Assembly: GCA_964276515.1 (NCBI GenBank)
Contig: OZ193909.1
Span: forward strand, 9,238,001-9,302,000
From: Gordius albopunctatus
Lineage: Eukaryota
DNA: 64,000 bases
Direction: 5' to 3'
In this document: positions 38,401 to 52,300 of the stretch, one piece after another
How the letters are laid out: every line of letters begins with the position of its first letter
Numbering within the stretch: the stretch's first letter is position 1
Notes under the pieces: model-generated
What the model saw: the letters and a program-made list of their open reading frames with translations, nothing else
Databases searched by the model: none
Told to the model about the DNA's origin: nothing
Position numbers and translations under genes: made by a program

Positions 38401-41400
38401 GAAGACTATCACTTTGAAATCATCATCGCATATAGCATGTTTCAAAAATTCAGCACTCTCGTCGCGATGAAATAAACTAATCGCAACAATATAACGTTGT
38501 CTTTCATCAAAATGATAGTTCTCGCAGCTTAAAACTTCTTATAAGGAGTCGATCGAGATTAATAGGATTCTCAAATTAGCTTACTTTTATATATTTTTCC
38601 AAGTTCTTTTACATAAAATAACAAAATATATATTTTTTAGCTCAAAATATTTAAAATTATTTCCATTAACACATATTCATCCGATGAAAGTTGTTATTTT
38701 CAGACGTGATTTTCATGATAAGAAGTAAAAATTTATCACAATTAGATAACTATTACTTTGAAATAATCATCGCATATAGCATGTTTCAAAAATTCAGCAC
38801 TCTCGTCGCGATGAAACAAACTAATCGCAACAATATAACGTTGTCTTTCCTCAAAATGATAGTTCTCGCAGCTTAAAACTTCTTATAAGGAGTCGATCGA
38901 GATTAATAGGAATCTCAAATTAGCTTACTTTTATATATTTTTTTAAGCTCTTTTACATAAAATAACAAAAAATATATTTTTTAGCTCAAAATATTTAAAA
39001 TTATTTCCATTAACACATATTCATCCGATGAAAGTTGTAATTTTCAGACGTGTATTTCATGATAAGAAGTAAAAATTTATCAGAATTATATAACTATCAC
39101 TGTGAAATCATCATCGCATATAGCATGTTTCAAATATTCAGCACTCTCGTCGCGATGAAACAAACTAATCGAAACAATATAACATTGTCTTTATTCAAAA
39201 TGATAGTTCTCGCAGCTTAAAACTTCTTATAAGGAGTCAATCGAGAATAATAGGATTCTCAAATTATCTTACTTTTATATATTTTTTCAAGCTCTTTTAC
39301 ATAAAATAACAAAAAATATATTTTTTAGCTCAAAATATTTAAAATTATTTCCATTAACACATTCATCCGATGAAAGTTGTTATTTTCAGACCTGTATTCC
39401 ATGATAAGAAGTAAAAATTTATCACAATTAGATAATACTTTGAAATCATCGTCGCATATAGCATGTTTCAAAAATTCAGCACTCACGTAGCGATAAAACA
39501 AACTAATCGCAACAATATAACGTTATCTTTCCTCAAAATGATAGTTCTCGCAGCTTAAAACTTCTTATAAGGAGTTGATCGAGATTAATAGGATTCTCAA
39601 ATTAGCTTACTTTTATTTATTTTTTCAAGTTCTTTTACATAAAATAACAAAAAATATATTTTTTAGCTCAAAATATTTCAAATTTTTTCCATTAAACCAT
39701 ATTCATCCGATGAAAGTTGTTATTTTCAGACGTGATTTCCATATAAGAAGTAAAAATTTATCAGAATTATATAACTATCACTTTGAAATCATCATCGCAT
39801 ATAGCATGTTTTAAAAATTCAGCACTCTCGTCGCGATGAAACAAACTAATCGCAACAATATAACGTTGTCTTTCCTCAAAATGATAGTTCTCGCAGCTTA
39901 AAACTTCTTATAAGGAGTCGATCGAGAATAATAGGATTCTCAAATTAGCTTACTTTTATATATTTTTTCAAGTTCTTTTACATAAATTAACAAAAAATAT
40001 ATTTTTTAGCTCAAAATATTTCAAATTTTTTCCATTAAACCATATTCATCCGATGAAAGTTGTTATTTTCAGACGTGATTTCCATATAAGAAGTAAAAAT
40101 TTATCACAATTAGATAACTATTACTTTGAAATCATCATCGCATATAGCATGTTTCAAAAATTCAGCACTCACGTCGCGATAAAACAAACTAATCGAAACA
40201 ATATAACATTGTCTTTCCTCAAAATGATAGTTCTCGCAGCTTAAAACTTCTTATAAGCAGTCGATCGAGAATAATAGCAATCTCAAATTAGCTTACTTTT
40301 ATATATTTTTTCAAGTTCTTTTACATAAAATAACAAAATATATATTTTTTAGCTCAAAATATTTAAAATTATTTCCATTAACACATATTCATCCGATGAA
40401 AGTTGTTATTTTCAGACGTGTATTCCATGATAAGAAGTAAAAATTTATCACAATTAGATAACTATCACTTTGAAATCATCATCGCATATAGCATGTTTCA
40501 AAAATTCAGCACTCTCGTCGCGATGAAACAAACTAATCGCAACAATATAACGTTATCTTTCCTCAAAATGATAGTTCTCGCAGCTTAAAACTTCTTATAA
40601 GGAGTCGATCGAGATTAATAGGAATCTCAAATTAGCATACTTTTATATATTTTTTTAAGCTCTTTTACATAAAATAACAAAAAATATATTTTTTAGCTCA
40701 AAATATTTAAAATTATTTCCATTAACACATATTCATCCGATGAAAGTTGTTATTTTCAGACGTGTATTCCATGATAAGAAGTAAAAATTTATCAGAATTA
40801 TATAACTATCACTTTGAAATCATCATCGCATATAGCATGTTTTAAAAATTCAGCACTCTCATCGCGATGAAACAAACTAATCGCAACAATATAACGTTGT
40901 CTTTCCTCAAAATGATAGTTCTCGCAGCTTAAAACTTCTTATAAGGAGTCGATCGAGATTAATAGGAATCTCAAATTAGCATACTTTTATATATTTTTTT
41001 AAGCTCTTTTACGTAAAATAACAAAAGATATATTTTTTAGCTCAAAATATTTAAAATTATTTCCATTAACACATATTCATCCGATGAAAGTTGTTATTTT
41101 CAGACGTGTATTCCATGATAAGAAGTAAAAATTTATCACAATTAGATGACTATTACTTTGAAATAATCATCGCATATAGCATGTTTCAAAAATTCAGCAC
41201 TCTCGTCGCGATGAAACAAACTAATCGCAACAATATAACGTTGTCTTTCCTCAAAATGATAGTTCTCGCAGCTTAAAACTTCTTATAAGTAGTCGATCGA
41301 GATTAATAGGAATCTCAAATTAGCTTACTTTAATATATTTTTTCAAGCTCTTTTACATAAAATCACAAAAAATATATTTTTTTAGCTCAAAATATTTAAA

Positions 41401-44400
41401 ATTATTTCCATTAAACCATATTCATCCGATGAAATTTGTTATTTTCAGACGTGATTTTCATGATAAGAAGTAAAAATTTATCAGAATTGTATAACTATCA
41501 CTTTGAAATCATCATCGCATATAACATGTTTCAAAAATTCAGCACTCTCGTCGCGATGAAACAAACTAATCGCAACAATATAACGTTGTCTTTCCTCAAA
41601 ATGATAGTTCTCGCAGCTTAAAACTTCTTACAAGGAGTCGATCGAGATTAATAGGAATCTCAAATTAGCTTACTTTTATTTATTTTTTCAAGCTCTTTTA
41701 CATAAAATAACAAAAAATATATTTTTTAGCTCAAAATATTTCAAATTTTTTCCATTAACACATATTCATCCGATGAAAGTTGTTATTTTCAGACGTGTAT
41801 TCCATGATAAGAAGTAAAAATTTATCAGAATTACAAGACTATCACTTTGAAATCATCATCGCATATAGCATGTTTTAAAAATTCAGCACTCTCGTCGCGA
41901 TGAAACAAACTAATCGCAACAATATAACGTTGTCTTTCCTCAAAATGATAGTTCTCGCAGCTTAAAACTTCTTATAAGGAGTCGATCGAGATTAATAGGA
42001 TTTTCAAATTAGCTTACTTTTATATATTTTTTCAAGCTCTTTTACATAAAATAACAAAAAATATATTTTTTAGCTCAAAATATTTCAAATTATTGCCATT
42101 AACACATATTCATCCGATGAAAGTTGTTATTTTCAGACGTGATTTTCATGATAAGAAGTAAAAATTTATCACAATTAGATGACTATTACTTTGAAATAAT
42201 CATCGCATATAGCATGTTTCAAAAATTCAGCACTCTCGTCGCGATGAAATAAACTAATCGCAACAATATAACGTTGTCTTTCATCAAAATGATAGTTCTC
42301 GGAGCTTAAAACTTCTTATAAGGAGTCGATCGAGATTAATAGGATTCTCAAATTAGCTTACTTTTATATATTTTTCCAAGATCTTTTACATCAAAAAACA
42401 AAACATATATTTTTTTAGCTCAAAATATTTAAAATTATTTCCATTAAAACATATTCATCCGATGAAAGTTGTTATTTTCAGACGTGTATTCCATGATAAG
42501 AAGTAAAAATTTATCACAATTAGATAACTATTACTTTGAAATCATCATCGCATATAGCATGTTTCAAAAATTCAGCACTCACGTCGCGATAAAACAAACT
42601 AATCGAAACAATATAACATTGTCTTTCCTCAAAATGATAGTTCTCGCAGCTTAAAACTTCTTATAAGGAGTCGATCGAGATTAATAGGATTTTCAAATTA
42701 GCTTACTTTTATATATTTTTTCAAGCTCTTTTACATAAAATAACAAAAAATATATTTTTTAGCTCAAAATATTTCAAATTTTTTCCATTAACACATATTC
42801 ATCCGATGAAAGTTGTTATTTTCAGACGTGTATTCCATGATAAGAAGTAAAAATTTATCACAATTAGATGACTATTACTTTGAAATAATCATCGCATATA
42901 GCATGTTTCAAAAATTCAGCACTCTCGTCGCGATGAAACAAACTAATCGCAACAATATAACGTTGTCTTTCCTCAAAATGATAGTTCTCGCAGCTTAAAA
43001 CTTCTTATAAGTAGTCGATCGAGATTAATAGGAATCTCAAATTAGCTTACTTTAATATATTTTTTCAAGCTCTTTTACATAAAATCACAAAAAATATATT
43101 TTTTTAGCTCAAAATATTTAAAATTATTTCCATTAACACATATTCATCCGATGAAAGTTGTTATTTTCAGACGTGTATTTCATGATAAGAACTAAAAATT
43201 TATCAGAATTATATAACTATCACTGTGAAATCATCATCGCATATAGCATGTTTCAAAAATTCAGCACTCTCGTCGCGATGAAATAAACTAATCGCAACAA
43301 TATAACGTTGTCTTTCATCAAAATGATAGTTCTCGCAGCTTAAAACTTCTTATAAGGAGTCGATCGAGATTAATAGGATTCTCAAATTAGCTTACTTTTA
43401 TATATTTTTCCAAGTTCTTTTATATAAAATAACAAAATATATATTTTTTAGCTCAAAATATTTAAAAATTTTTCCATTAACACATATTCATCCGATGAAA
43501 GTTGTTATTTTCAGACGTGATTTTCATGATAAGAAGTAAAAATTTATCACAATTAGATAACTATTACTTTGAAATCATCATCGCATATAGCATGTTTCTA
43601 AAATTCAGCACTCACGTCGCGATAAAACAAACTAATCGAAACAATATAACATTGTCTTTCCTCAAAATGATAGTTCTCGCAGCTTAAAACTTCTTATAAG
43701 GAGTCGATCGAGATTAATAGGATTTTCAAATTAGCTTACTTTTATATATTTTTTCAAGCTCTTTTACATAAAATAACAAAAAATATATTTTTTAGCTCAA
43801 AATATTTCAAATTTTTTCCATTAACACATATTCATCCGATGAAAGTTGTTATTTTCAGACGTGTATTCCATGATAAGAAGTAAAAATTTATCAGAATTAG
43901 AAGACTATCACTTTGAAATCATCATCGCATATAGCATGTTTCAAAAATTCAGCACTCTCGTCGCGATGAAATAAACTAATCGCAACAATATAACGTTGTC
44001 TTTCATCAAAATGATAGTTCTCGCAGCTTAAAACTTCTTATAAGGAGTCGATCGAGATTAATAGGATTCTCAAATTAGCTTACTTTTATATATTTTTCCA
44101 AGTTCTTTTACATAAAATAACAAAATATATATTTTTTAGCTCAAAATATTTAAAATTATTTCCATTAACACATATTCATCCGATGAAAGTTGTTATTTTC
44201 AGACGTGATTTTCATGATAAGAAGTAAAAATTTATCACAATTAGATAACTATTACTTTGAAATAATCATCGCATATAGCATGTTTCAAAAATTCAGCACT
44301 CTCGTCGCGATGAAACAAACTAATCGCAACAATATAACGTTGTCTTTCCTCAAAATGATAGTTCTCGCAGCTTAAAACTTCTTATAAGGAGTCGATCGAG

Positions 44401-47400
44401 ATTAATAGGAATCTCAAATTAGCTTACTTTTATATATTTTTTTAAGCTCTTTTACATAAAATAACAAAAAATATATTTTTTAGCTCAAAATATTTAAAAT
44501 TATTTCCATTAACACATATTCATCCGATGAAAGTTGTTATTTTCAGACGTGTATTTCATGATAAGAAGTAAAAATTTATCAGAATTATATAACTATCACT
44601 GTGAAATCATCATCGCATATAGCATGTTTCAAAAATTCAGCACTCTCGTCGCGATGAAACAAACTAATCGAAACAATATAACATTGTCTTTATTCAAAAT
44701 GATAGTTCTCGCAGCTTAAAACTTCTTATAAGGAGTCAATCGAGAATAATAGGATTCTCAAATTATCTTACTTTTATATATTTTTTCAAGCTCTTTTACA
44801 TAAAATAACAAAAAATATATTTTTTAGCTCAAAATATTTAAAATTATTTCCATTAACACATTCATCCGATGAAAGTTGTTATTTTCAGACCTGTATTCCA
44901 TGATAAGAAGTAAAAATTTATCACAATTAGATAATACTTTGAAATCATCGTCGCATATAGCATGTTTCAAAAATTCAGCACTCACGTAGCGATAAAACAA
45001 ACTAATCGCAACAATATAACGTTATCTTTCCTCAAAATGATAGTTCTCGCAGCTTAAAACTTCTTATAAGGAGTTGATCGAGATTAATAGGATTCTCAAA
45101 TTAGCTTACTTTTATTTATTTTTTCAAGTTCTTTTACATAAAATAACAAAAAATATATTTTTTAGCTCAAAATATTTCAAATTTTTTCCATTAAACCATA
45201 TTCATCCGATGAAAGTTGTTATTTTCAGACGTGATTTCCATATAAGAAGTAAAAATTTATCAGAATTATATAACTATCACTTTGAAATCATCATCGCATA
45301 TAGCATGTTTTAAAAATTCAGCACTCTCGTCGCGATGAAACAAACTAATCGCAACAATATAACGTTGTCTTTCCTCAAAATGATAGTTCTCGCAGCTTAA
45401 AACTTCTTATAAGGAGTCGATCGAGAATAATAGGATTCTCAAATTAGCTTACTTTTATATATTTTTTCAAGTTCTTTTACATAAATTAACAAAAAATATA
45501 TTTTTTAGCTCAAAATATTTCAAATTTTTTCCATTAAACCATATTCATCCGATGAAAGTTGTTATTTTCAGACGTGATTTCCATAAAAGAAGTAAAAATT
45601 TATCACAATTAGATAACTATTACTTTGAAATCATCATCGCATATAGCATGTTTCAAAAATTCAGCACTCACGTCGCGATAAAACAAACTAATCGAAACAA
45701 TATAACATTGTCTTTCCTCAAAATGATAGTTCTCGCAGCTTAAAACTTCTTATAAGCAGTCGATCGAGAATAATAGCAATCTCAAATTAGCTTACTTTTA
45801 TATATTTTTTCAAGTTCTTTTACATAAAATAACAAAATATATATTTTTTAGCTCAAAATATTTAAAATTATTTCCATTAACACATATTCATCCGATGAAA
45901 GTTGTTATTTTCAGACGTGTATTCCATGATAAGAAGTAAAAATTTATCAGAATTATATAACTATCACTTTGAAATCATCATCGAATATAGCATGTTTCAA
46001 AAATTCAGCACTCTCGTCGCGATGAAACAAACTAATCGCAACAATATAACGTTGTCTTTCCTCAAAATGATAGTTCTCGCAGCTTAAAACTTCTTATAAG
46101 GAGTCGATCGAGATTAATAGGATTTTCAAATTAGCTTACTTTTATATATTTTTTCAAGCTCTTTTACATAAAATAACAAAAAATATATTTTTTAGCTCAA
46201 AATATTTCAAATTTTTTCCATTAACACATATTCATCCGATGAAAGTTGTTATTTTCAGACGTGTATTCCATGATAAGAAGTAAAAATTTATCAGAATTAG
46301 AAGACTATCACTTTAAAATCATCATCGCATATAGCATGTTTCAAAAATTCAGCACTCTCGTCGCGATGAAACAAACTAATCGCAACAATATAACGTTGTC
46401 TTTCCTCAAAATGATAGTTCTCGCAGCTTAAAACTTCTTATAAGGAGTCGATCGAGATTAATAGGAATCTCAAATTAGCTTACTTTTATTTATTTTTTCA
46501 AGCTCTTTTACATAAAATAACAAAATATATATTTTAGCTCAAAATATTTAAAATTATTTCCATTAACACATATTCATCCGATGAAAGTTGTTATTTTCAG
46601 ACGTGATTTCCATGATAAGAAGTAAAAATTTATCAGAATTATATAACTATCACTTTGAAATCATCATCGCATATAGCATGTTTCAAAAATTCAGAACTCT
46701 CGTCGCGATAAAACAAACTAATCGCAACAATATAACGTTGTCTTTCCTCAAAATGATAGTTCTCGCATTTTAAAACTTCTTATAAGGAGTCAATCGAGAT
46801 TAATAGGATTCTCAAATTAGCGTACTTTAATATATTTTTTCAAGCTCTTTTACATAAAATAACAAAATATATATTTTTTAGCTCAAAATATTTAAAATTA
46901 TTTCCATTAACACATATTCATCCGATGAAAGTTGTTATTTTCAGACGTGTATTCCATATAAGAAGTAAAAATTTATCAGAATTATATAACTATCACTTTG
47001 AAATCATCATCGCATATAGCATGTTTTAAAAATTCAGCACTCTCATCGCGATGAAACAAACTAATCGCAACAATATAACGTTGTCTTTCCTCAAAATGAT
47101 AGTTCTCACAGCTTAAAACTTCTTATAAGGAGTCGATCGAGATTAATAGGAATCTCAAATTAGCATACTTTTATATATTTTTTTAAGCTCTTTTGCGTAA
47201 AATAACAAAAAATATATTTTTTAGCTCAAAATATTTAAAATTATTTCCCTTAACACATATTCATCCGATGAAAGTTGTTATTTTCAGACGTGATTTTCAT
47301 GATAAGAAGTAAAAATTTATCAGAATTATATAACTATCACTTTGAAATCATCATCGCATATAGCATGTTTTAAAAATTCAGCACTCTCATCGCGATGAAA

Positions 47401-49336
47401 CAAACTAATCGCAACAATATAACGTTGTCTTTCCTCAAAATGATAGTTCTCGCAGCTTAAAACTTCTTATAAGGAGTCGATCGAGATTAATAGGAATCTC
47501 AAATTAGCATACTTTTATATATTTTTTTAAGCTCTTTTGCGTAAAATAACAAAAAATATATTTTTTAGCTCAAAATATTTAAAATTATTTCCCTTAACAC
47601 ATATTCATCCGATGAAAGTTGTTATTTTCAGACGTGATTTTCATGATAAGAAGTAAAAATTTATCAGAATTATATAACTATCACTTTGAAATCATCATCG
47701 CATATAGCATGTTTCAAAATTTCAGCACTCTCGTCGCGATGAAACAAACTAATCGCAACAATATAACGTTGTCTTTCCTCAAAATGATAGTTCTCGCAGC
47801 TTAAAACTTCTTATAAGGAGTCGATCGAGAATAATAGGATTCTCAAATAAGCTTACTTTTATATATTTTTTCAAGTTCTTTTACATAAATTAACAAAAAA
47901 TATTTTTTTAGCTCAAAATATTTCAAATTTTTTCCATTAAACCATATTCATCCGATGAAAGTTGTTATTTTCAGACTTGATTTCCATATAAGAAGTAAAA
48001 ATTTATCAGAATTAGATAACTATCACTTTGAAATCATCATCGCATATAGCATGTTTCAAAAATTCAGCACTCACGTCGCGATAAAACAAACTAATCGCAA
48101 CAATATAACGTCGTCTTTCCTCAAAATGATAGTTCTCGCAGCTTAAAACTTCTTATAAGGAGTCGATCGAGATTATTAGGATTCTCAAATTAGCTTACTT
48201 TTATATATTTTTTTAAGCTCTTTTACATAAAATAACAAAAAATATATTTTTTAGCTCAAAATATTTAAAATTATTTCCATTAACACATATTCATCCGATG
48301 AAAGTTGTTATTTTCAGACGTGTATTCCATGATAAGAAGTAAAAATTTATCACAATTAGATAACTATCACTTTGAAATCATCATCGCATATAGCATGTTT
48401 CAAAAATTCAGCACTCTCGTCGCGATGAAACAAACTAATCGCAACAATATAACGTTGTCTTTCCTCAAAATGATAGTTCTCGCAGCTTAAAACTTCTTAT
48501 AAGGAGTCGATCGAGATTAATAGGAATCTCAAATTAGCATACTTTTATATATTTTTTTAAGCTCTTTTGCGTAAAATAACAAAAAATATATTTTTTAGCT
48601 CAAAATATTTAAAATTATTTCCCTTAACACATATTCATCCGATGAAAGTTGTTATTTTCAGACGTGATTTTCATGATAAGAAGTAAAAATTTATCAGAAT
48701 TATATAACTATCACTTTGAAATCATCATCGCATATAACATGTTTCAAAAATTCAGAATTCTCGTCGCGATGAAACAAACTAATCGCAACAATATAACGTT
48801 ATCTTTCCTCAAAATGATAGTTCTCGAAGCTTAAAACTTCTTATAAGGAGTCGATCGAGATTAATAGGAATCTCAAATTAGCATACTTTTATATATTTTT
48901 TTAAGCTCTTTTACATAAAATAACAAAAAATATATTTTTTAGCTCAAAATATTTAAAATTATTTCCATTAACACATATTCATCCGATGAAAGTTGTTATT
49001 TTCAGACGTGTATTCCATGATAAGAAGTAAAAATTTATCACAATTAGATAACTATCACTTTGAAATCATCATCGCATATAGCATGTTTCAAAAATTCAGC
49101 ACTCTCGTCGCGATGAAACAAACTAATCGCAACAATATAACGTTATCTTTCCTCAAAATGATAGTTCTCGCAGCTTAAAACTTCTTATAAGGAGTCGATC
49201 GAGATTAATAGGAATCTCAAATTAGCATACTTTTATATATTTTTTTAAGCTCTTTTACATAAAATAACAAAAAATATATTTTTTAGCTCAAAATATTTAA
49301 AATTATTTCCATTAACACATATTCATCCGATGAAAG

Positions 49337-52300
49337 TTGTTATTTTCAGACGTGTATTCCATGATAAGAAGTAAAAATTTATCACAATTAGATAACTATC
49401 ACTTTGAAATCATCATCACATATAGCATGTTTCAAAAATTCAGCACTCTCGTCGCGATGAAACAAACTAATCGCAACAATATAACGTTGTCTTTCCTCAA
49501 AATGATAGTTCTCGCAGCTTAAAACTTCTTATAAGGAGTCGATCGAGATTAATAGGAATCTCAAATTAGCATACTTTTATATATTTTTTTAAGCTCTTTT
49601 ACGTAAAATAACAAAAGATATATTTTTTAGCTCAAAATATTTAAAATTATTTCCATTAACACATATTCATCCGATGAAAGTTGTTATTTTCAGACGTGTA
49701 TTCCATGATAAGAAGTAAAAATTTATCACAATTAGATAACTATTACTTTGAAATAATCATCGCATATAGCATGTTTCAAAAATTCAGCACTCTCGTCGCG
49801 ATGAAACAAACTAATCGCAACAATATAACGTTGTCTTTCCTCAAAATGATAGTTCTCGCAGCTTAAAACTTCTTATAAGTAGTCGATCGAGATTAATAGG
49901 AATCTCAAATTAGCTTACTTTAATATATTTTTTCAAGCTCTTTTACATAAAATCACAAAAAATATATTTTTTTAGCTCAAAATATTTAAAATTATTTCCA
50001 TTAAACCATATTCATCCGATGAAATTTGTTATTTTCAGACGTGATTTTCATGATAAGAAGTAAAAATTTATCAGAATTGTATAACTATCACTTTGAAATC
50101 ATCATCGCATATAACATGTTTCAAAAATTCAGCACTCTCGTCGCGATGAAACAAACTAATCGCAACAATATAACGTTGTCTTTCCTCAAAATGATAGTTC
50201 TCGCAGCTTAAAACTTCTTACAAGGAGTCGATCGAGATTAATAGGAATCTCAAATTAGCTTACTTTTATTTATTTTTTCAAGCTCTTTTACATAAAATAA
50301 CAAAATATATATTTTAGCTCAAAATATTTAAAATTATTTCCATTAACACATATTCATCCGATGAAAGTTGTTATTTTCAGACGTGTATTCCATGATAAGA
50401 AGTAAAAATTTATCACAATTAGATAACTATCACTTTGAAATCATCATCGCATATAGCATGTTTCAAAAACTCAGCACTCTCGTCGCGATGAAACAAACTA
50501 ATCGCAACAATATAACGTTGTCTTTCCTCAAAATGATAGTTCTCGCAGCTTAAAACTTCTTATAAGGAGTCGATCGAGATTAATAAGAATCTCAAATTAG
50601 CTTACTTTTATTTATTTTTTCAAGCTCTTTTACATAAAATAACAAAAAATATATTATTTAGCTCAAAATATTTAAAATTATTGCCATTAACACATATTCA
50701 TCCGATGAAAGTTGTTATTTTCAGACGTGATTTTCATGATAAGAAGTAAAAATTTATCAGAATTAGATAACTATTACTTTGAAATAATCATCGCATATAG
50801 ACTGTTTCAAAAATTCAGCATTCTCGTCGCGATGAAACAAACTAATCGCAACAATATAACGTTCTCTTTCCTCAAAATGATAGTTCTCGCAGCTTAAAAC
50901 TTCTTATAAGGAGTCGATCGAGATTAATAGGAATCTCAAATTAGCTTACTTTTATTTATTTTTTCAAGTTCTTTTACATAAAATAACAAAAAATATATTT
51001 TTTAGCTCAAAATATTTAAAATTATTGCCATTAAACCATATTCATCCGATGAAAGTTGTTATTTTCAGACGTGATTTCCATATAAGAAGTAAAAATTTAT
51101 CAGAATTAGATAACTATCACTTTGAAATCATCATCGCATATAGCATGTTTCAAAAATTCAGCACTCACGTCGCGATGAAACAAACTAATCGCAACAATAT
51201 AACGTTGTCTTTCCTCAAAATGATAGTTCTCGCAGCTTAAAACTTCTTATAAGGAGTCGATCGAGAATAATAGGATTCTCAAATAAGCTTACTTTTATAT
51301 ATTTTTTCAAGTTCTTTTACATAAATTAACAAAAAATATTTTTTTAGCTCAAAATATTTCAAATTTTTTCCATTAAACCATATTCATCCGATGAAAGTTG
51401 TTATTTTCAGACGTGTATTCCATGATAAGAAGTAAAAATTTATCAGAATTATATAACTATCACTTTGAAATCATCATCGCATATAGCATGTTTTAAAAAT
51501 TCAGCACTCTCATCGCGATGAAACAAACTAATCGCAACAATATAACGTTGTCTTTCCTCAAAATGATAGTTCTCGCAGCTTAAAACTTCTTATAAGGAGT
51601 CGATCGAGATTAATAGGAATCTCAAATTAGCATACTTTTATATATTTTTTTAAGCTCTTTTACGTAAAATAACAAAAGATATATTTTTTAGCTCAAAATA
51701 TTTAAAATTATTTCCATTAACACATATTCATCCGATGAAAGTTGTTATTTTCAGACGTGTATTCCATGATAAGAAGTAAAAATTTATCACAATTAGATGA
51801 CTATTACTTTGAAATAATCATCGCATATAGCATGTTTCAAAAATTCAGCACTCTCGTCGCGATGAAACAAACTAATCGCAACAATATAACGTTGTCTTTC
51901 CTCAAAATGATAGTTCTCGCAGCTTAAAACTTCTTATAAGTAGTCGATCGAGATTAATAGGAATCTCAAATTAGCTTACTTTAATATATTTTTTCAAGCT
52001 CTTTTACATAAAATCACAAAAAATATATTTTTTTAGCTCAAAATATTTGAAATTATTTCCATTAAACCATATTCATCCGATGAAATTTGTTATTTTCAGA
52101 CGTGATTTTCATGATAAGAAGTAAAAATTTATCAGAATTGTATAACTATCACTTTGAAATCATCATCGCATATAACATGTTTCAAAAATTCAGCACTCTC
52201 GTCGCGATGAAACAAACTAATCGCAACAATATAACGTTGTCTTTCCTCAAAATGATAGTTCTCGCAGCTTAAAACTTCTTACAAGGAGTCGATCGAGATT

